A model generated the notes under the pieces. The model was not told the DNA's origin. It saw only the letters and a list, made by a program, of their open reading frames with translations, and searched no databases. Shown one piece after another: positions 27,968-32,000 of a DNA stretch of 32,000 nt; within the stretch, counting starts at the first letter, position 1; each line of letters opens with the position of its first letter. The position numbers and the translations under genes are program-made. The DNA is from Wigglesworthia glossinidia endosymbiont of Glossina brevipalpis (lineage in GTDB: Bacteria > Pseudomonadota > Gammaproteobacteria > Enterobacterales > Enterobacteriaceae), in contig BA000021.3 of assembly GCA_000008885.1 (NCBI GenBank), positions 330,001-362,000 of the forward strand, read 5' to 3'.

Positions 27968-29227
27968 TCAAGATCTTTTCATCATATCAAAAAATTCATT
28001 ATTTGTTTTTGTCATAGATAATTTGTTCATCAAAAATTCCATTCCATCTATTTCATTCATTGGATGAATAATTCTTCTAAGAATCCACATCTTCTGAAGC
28101 TCTTCAGAACTAGTTAGCAACTCTTCTTTTCTAGTTCCAGATCTATTATAATCAATTGCTGGAAAAACTCTCTTTTCAGCAATTTTTCTAGATAAATGTA
28201 ATTCCATATTTCCTGTTCCTTTAAACTCCTCATATATTACTTCATCCATTTTAGATCCAGTATCTATTAAAGCAGTTGCTATTATAGTCAAACTTCCACC
28301 TTCTTCCATATTTCTTGCTGCCCCGAAAAACCTTTTTGGTCTATGTAATGCATTTGCATCAACACCACCTGTTAACACTTTTCCTGAAGCTGGAACTACT
28401 GTATTATACGCTCTTGCGAGTCTTGTTATAGAATCTAATAAAATTATTACGTCTTTTTTATGTTCTACAAGTCTTTTTGCTTTTTCTATAACCATTTCAG
28501 ATACTTGAACGTGTCTAGAAGATGGTTCATCAAAGGTAGATGCTATTACTTCTCCTTTTACCAATCTTTGCATTTCCGTAACTTCTTCTGGTCTTTCATC
28601 TATCAAAAGAACTATAAGAACACAATCTGGATGATTATAAGAAATGCTTTGAGCTATATTTTGTAATAACATTGTTTTTCCAGCTTTAGGCGGAGCTACT
28701 ATTAAACCACGTTGACCCCTTCCAATTGGAGCTGCCAAATCAAGCACTCTTGTAGTTAAATCTTCGGTAGAACCATTACCTCTTTCCATTTTTAATCTAG
28801 AATTTGCATGCAAAGGAGTTAGGTTTTCGAAGAGAATTTTATTTCTAGAACTTTCTGGTTTGTCATAATTTACTTCGTCAACTTTAAGCAATGCGAAATA
28901 ACGCTCTCCTTCTTTAGGAGGTCTTATTTTTCCAGAAATCGTATCTCCTGTTCTTAAATTAAATCTTCTAATTTGACTAGGAGAAACATAAATATCATCT
29001 GGTCCAGCAAGATAAGAGCTATCGCTAGAGCGAAGAAATCCAAATCCATCTTGTAATATTTCTAGAACTCCATCTCCAAAAATATCCTCTCCTATTTTAG
29101 CATGTTGTTTTAAAGTAGAAAAAATAATATCTTGTTTACGCATGCGAGCAAGGTTTTCTAATCCCATGTTTTCGCCGAGAGTAATTAAATCCGAAATCAG
29201 CTTATTTTTTAATTCGGTAAGATTCAT
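27968..29227 (-). CDS. rho: Transcription termination factor Rho
   Basis: The 419-aa ORF is very highly conserved relative to E. coli Rho: [40 protein letters not shown] (Walker A), [13 protein letters not shown] and C-terminal FF.MMKRS followed by TGA. Confidence 0.97.
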   Translation of the reverse strand: MNLTELKNKLISDLITLGENMGLENLARMRKQDIIFSTLKQHAKIGEDIFGDGVLEILQDGFGFLRSSDSSYLAGPDDIYVSPSQIRRFNLRTGDTISGKIRPPKEGERYFALLKVDEVNYDKPESSRNKILFENLTPLHANSRLKMERGNGSTEDLTTRVLDLAAPIGRGQRGLIVAPPKAGKTMLLQNIAQSISYNHPDCVLIVLLIDERPEEVTEMQRLVKGEVIASTFDEPSSRHVQVSEMVIEKAKRLVEHKKDVIILLDSITRLARAYNTVVPASGKVLTGGVDANALHRPKRFFGAARNMEEGGSLTIIATALIDTGSKMDEVIYEEFKGTGNMELHLSRKIAEKRVFPAIDYNRSGTRKEELLTSSEELQKMWILRRIIHPMNEIDGMEFLMNKLSMTKTNNEFFDMMKRS

Positions 29228-29361
29228 AATGATGGAATAAAGATAGGTATTAATCTAAGATACATATTTTAATATTATTTAAATAAAAAAAATTTATTAA
29301 ATTATTATAATTTTTTTATTATATATGAAAAATAAAAAATTTTTTAATAAAAATATAATTT

Positions 29362-29700
29362 TTATAAACGATTTAAATTTTCATCAATAAAAATTTCAAG
29401 TTGTTTTTGAGAAACAATTCCAATTTTTTTATCTATAATTTTTTCTTTAAAAAACAAAAAAAATGAAGGTATACTTTTAACTAAATATTTTTCTTGATAT
29501 ATCGAATTTTTTTCTATATTTATTTTAAATACTTCTAATTTATTTACATATTTTTCAGATATCTTTTTCAAAATAGGAATCATTGATTTACATGGCATAC
29601 ACCATTGAGCCCAAAAATCAACTAATACTGGTTTTTTGTTTTTTAATACATTTATTTCAAAATCTTCATCGTTTACACTTATAATTTCTTTATTATTCAT
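29362..29700 (-). CDS. trxA: Thioredoxin 1 (variant active site WCMPC)
   Basis: The 112-aa ORF has a thioredoxin fold pattern (VLVDFWA.WC.PCK...PIL). It sits upstream of rho on the same strand, as in the E. coli trxA-rho arrangement. The active-site codons read tgg tgt atg cca tgt aaa. Confidence 0.9.
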   Translation of the reverse strand: MNNKEIISVNDEDFEINVLKNKKPVLVDFWAQWCMPCKSMIPILKKISEKYVNKLEVFKINIEKNSIYQEKYLVKSIPSFFLFFKEKIIDKKIGIVSQKQLEIFIDENLNRL

Positions 29701-30153
29701 TTTTTTCCCGTAATCTAAAAACTAGATAATATTAGCATTAATTGAAAATGTATTTAATTTTTGTATTAATTTATATTTCTTGTAAAATTTATTTTGTTTC
29801 TAAATATCATATATTATAAATATTTATAAATTTTATTTTTTAAAAAGGGATAAATTAAACTATGTTAAAATAAAATATAATTAAATTAATTTATTATATA
29901 TAATTTCATTATTTACGACTTTTAAATCAAGCTTCTAGACTGTTATTTTATTAAAGAATAATTGGATAACTTTACAGGTACTTTTACTATATTATTTTTA
30001 ACAAATGATAAACTAACTTGAAATGAAATTCAACTAATTTTAATAAATCTTAAAATAAAAATTTTAAGTAAAAATATAAAAAAATAAAATATTTTTATTA
30101 TCAATTTATTTGTCAAGTTTAAAAAACAAATCCATAAACTATTTAGGTATAAC

Positions 30154-31338
30154 ATGAAAATAATAAAAGTTACAGATTTAAATTTAAAAGACAAAAAAGT
30201 GCTTATAAGGTCTGATCTTAATGTTCCTATTAAAAATGGTAAAATTATGTGTAATATGCGAATAATAAAATCTTTAGAAACTATAAATTTCGTAATAAAA
30301 AATGAAGCTAAATGTGTTATTGTAGCATCCCACCTTGGGAATCCTATAGAAGAAAAGTACGACTATAATTTTTCTCTAACACACATTGTAAATCATATGA
30401 AAAAAATTATAAAATATCCAATAAGATTAATACAAAATTATTTAAACGGTTTTGAAGCAAAAGAAAAAGAAATTATTGTTTTAGAAAACGTAAGATTCAA
30501 TCCAGGAGAAAGAAAAAATGACAAAAATTTATCAAAAAAATATGCTAATTTATGTGATATATTAGTCATGGATTCTTTCGGATCTTCTCATAGATCAGAA
30601 TCATCAACAACAGGTATTATTAAGTTTGCACCTATTAGTTGCATAGGACTTCTTTTTTTAAAAGAAATAAAATATTTAAAAAAAGCATTATTTAATTCTA
30701 AAAGACCAATAGTTACAATTTTTGGAGGATCAAAAATATCAACTAAATTAGGAGTTATAGAAAAATTATCTAACATTTCTGAAAATGTTTTAGTAGGAGG
30801 AGGAATAGCAAATACTATTCTTTTTTCTAAAGGACATAATATAGGAAAATCTTTACACGATAAAAATAATATAAGTAAAATTAAAAAATTTTTATATAAA
30901 AAAAATATAATAATTCCAAAAGATTTTATAGTTACTGATAATATTAATAAATTTTCTTCGTACAAAGAAAAATCTATAAAAGAAATAAAAAACGAGGATT
31001 ATATAGTTGATATAGGGAAAAAATCCTGCGAATGTTTTATTAAAATTATAAAAAAAGCAAAAACAATATTTTGGAACGGGCCTCTAGGCTTGATAGAGAT
31101 TAAACAATTTAGAAATGGAACTAAAGAAATAGCTAATTCTGTAATTCATAGTTCAGCAAAATCAATAATAGGAGGAGGAGAAACAGTTCTTGCTATGAGA
31201 ATGTTCAATTTTATTGATCGTTTTTCATATATTTCTACAGGAGGAGGAGCATTTTTATCTTTTATAGAAAAACAAGAACTTCCTGTTCTATCAGAATTAA
31301 AAAAATTCAAAAAATATACAAACTTTAAACAAAACTAA
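30154..31338 (+). CDS. pgk: Phosphoglycerate kinase
   Basis: The 394-aa ORF is colinear with E. coli Pgk: DL.L..K.V.IR.DLNVP.K.GK, SHLG.P, VLENVRFN.GE.K.D..LSKKYA.LCD..VMD.FG..HR, GGSK.STKL, VGGGIANT, WNGP.G and YISTGGGAFL.F.E. Confidence 0.95.
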   Translation: MKIIKVTDLNLKDKKVLIRSDLNVPIKNGKIMCNMRIIKSLETINFVIKNEAKCVIVASHLGNPIEEKYDYNFSLTHIVNHMKKIIKYPIRLIQNYLNGFEAKEKEIIVLENVRFNPGERKNDKNLSKKYANLCDILVMDSFGSSHRSESSTTGIIKFAPISCIGLLFLKEIKYLKKALFNSKRPIVTIFGGSKISTKLGVIEKLSNISENVLVGGGIANTILFSKGHNIGKSLHDKNNISKIKKFLYKKNIIIPKDFIVTDNINKFSSYKEKSIKEIKNEDYIVDIGKKSCECFIKIIKKAKTIFWNGPLGLIEIKQFRNGTKEIANSVIHSSAKSIIGGGETVLAMRMFNFIDRFSYISTGGGAFLSFIEKQELPVLSELKKFKKYTNFKQN

Positions 31339-31360
31339 ATTTAAAAAAGAGTAAAATTTT

Positions 31361-32000
31361 ATGTCTAACATTTTAGATTCAATAAATACAGGCGTGATTT
31401 ATGGAAAAGATATAGAAAAATTATTTTCTTTTGCTAAAGAAAAAAAATTTGCTATACCAGCAATAAATTGTATTGGTACTGATTCTATAAATGCAGCGTT
31501 AGAGGCCGCATCTATATATAGATCTCCAATTATAATTCAATTTTCTCATGGAGGGTCATCATTTATAGCAGGAAAAAAAATGAATTGCAACAAAGGTGCA
31601 ATTTTAGGAGCGATATCTGGAGCTTTGCATGTTCATAACATATCAAAAGAATACAAAATACCAGTAATATTACATACCGATCATTGTTCTAAAAACATTT
31701 TACCTTGGATAGATGAACTATTAAAAGAAAGTGAAAAAAGATTTTTTAATTTTGGAAAGCCATTATTTTCTTCTCATATGATAGATTTATCTTCAGAACC
31801 ATTGGAAGAAAATATAAAAATTAGTAAAAAATATTTAGAAAAAATGAAAAGATTGAATATTATTCTAGAAATAGAACTAGGGTGTACTGGAGGTGAAGAA
31901 GATGGAATCATAGGGGAAAAAGCAAATGATAATAAATTATACACCAACCCAAAAGATGTTTGTTATGCATATGAAAATTTAACAAAAGTTGGATCAAATT
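31361..32000 (+). CDS. fbaA: Fructose-bisphosphate aldolase class II (5' partial; runs off the window)
   Basis: This ORF is not in the ORF track because it is open at the window end. The translation MSNILDSINTGVIYGKDIEKLFSFAKEKKFAIPAINCIGTDSINAALEAAS...IIQFS.GG.SFIAGK...HTDHC.K..LPWID.LL...PLFSSHMIDLS.E...ENI...KYLE.M......LEIELGCTGGEEDG matches E. coli FbaA. It is 22 nt downstream of pgk, consistent with a pgk-fbaA operon. Confidence 0.93.
   Translation, partial: MSNILDSINTGVIYGKDIEKLFSFAKEKKFAIPAINCIGTDSINAALEAASIYRSPIIIQFSHGGSSFIAGKKMNCNKGAILGAISGALHVHNISKEYKIPVILHTDHCSKNILPWIDELLKESEKRFFNFGKPLFSSHMIDLSSEPLEENIKISKKYLEKMKRLNIILEIELGCTGGEEDGIIGEKANDNKLYTNPKDVCYAYENLTKVGSN

Noticed and set aside
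27704-28666. Plus-strand ORFs of 67 aa (27704-27907) and 68 aa (28460-28666)
   Set aside because: They are antisense inside wecE and rho respectively.
30588-30965. 125-aa ORF on the minus strand
   Set aside because: It is antisense inside pgk and has no motif. pgk is confidently called.
1-32000. Possibility of an alternative genetic code (UGA=Trp), as in some tiny symbiont genomes
   Set aside because: All conserved genes translate full-length with the standard table, Trp positions use TGG, and rho ends ...MMKRS followed by TGA exactly at the conserved C-terminus.
1-32000. Search for CRISPR arrays, IS elements or transposases, integrases, prophage, toxin-antitoxin or defence systems, and secondary-metabolite clusters
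   Set aside because: I found no spaced direct repeats, no terminal inverted repeats flanking ORFs, and no ORF with such motifs. Every ORF over 150 aa is a recognisable housekeeping gene in E. coli-like synteny.

Overview
This is an extremely AT-rich gammaproteobacterial chromosome segment (by eye roughly 20% GC, with spacers that are almost pure A/T). It holds 27 intact protein genes, one frameshifted gene (ung) and three tRNAs, all core housekeeping. Gene order is collinear in blocks with E. coli K-12 as I remember that map: yadG-yadH; the divergent iscS/suhB pair; waaA-coaD; dnaK-dnaJ-nhaA-rpsT-ribF-ileS-lspA-ispH (13.3-23.4 kb, inverted); trxA-rho-[wec cluster]-argX-hisR-proM (26.3-29.7 kb, inverted); and pgk-fbaA. 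Genes that sit inside these blocks in E. coli are absent here: iscR, iscUA-hscBA-fdx, nhaR, fkpB, most wec genes, leuT and epd. This pattern fits an obligate, genome-reduced insect endosymbiont of Enterobacterales ancestry. Retention of waaA, nhaA, wecE and a bactofilin argues against Buchnera, and a Wigglesworthia-like symbiont is my best guess, unverified. The genetic code is standard, since UGA terminates rho at its conserved C-terminus. I see no CRISPR array, IS element or transposon, prophage, toxin-antitoxin or defence genes, and no evidence for a novel multi-gene system. The window is ordinary core genome. Seven things deserve a second look. (1) ung is broken by a frameshift in an A10 tract, yet its downstream frame is intact, making it a candidate for transcriptional-slippage rescue. 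(2) SuhB has lost two inositol-monophosphatase metal ligands, including a natural D87N. (3) A membrane-anchored CcmA-like bactofilin has been retained. (4) The ECA locus has collapsed to a lone wecE. (5) A perfect inverted repeat with 22-bp arms lies downstream of rpmE. (6) The thioredoxin active site reads CMPC. (7) There are unusually long featureless spacers (1046, 692, 520 and 453 bp) at synteny breakpoints.
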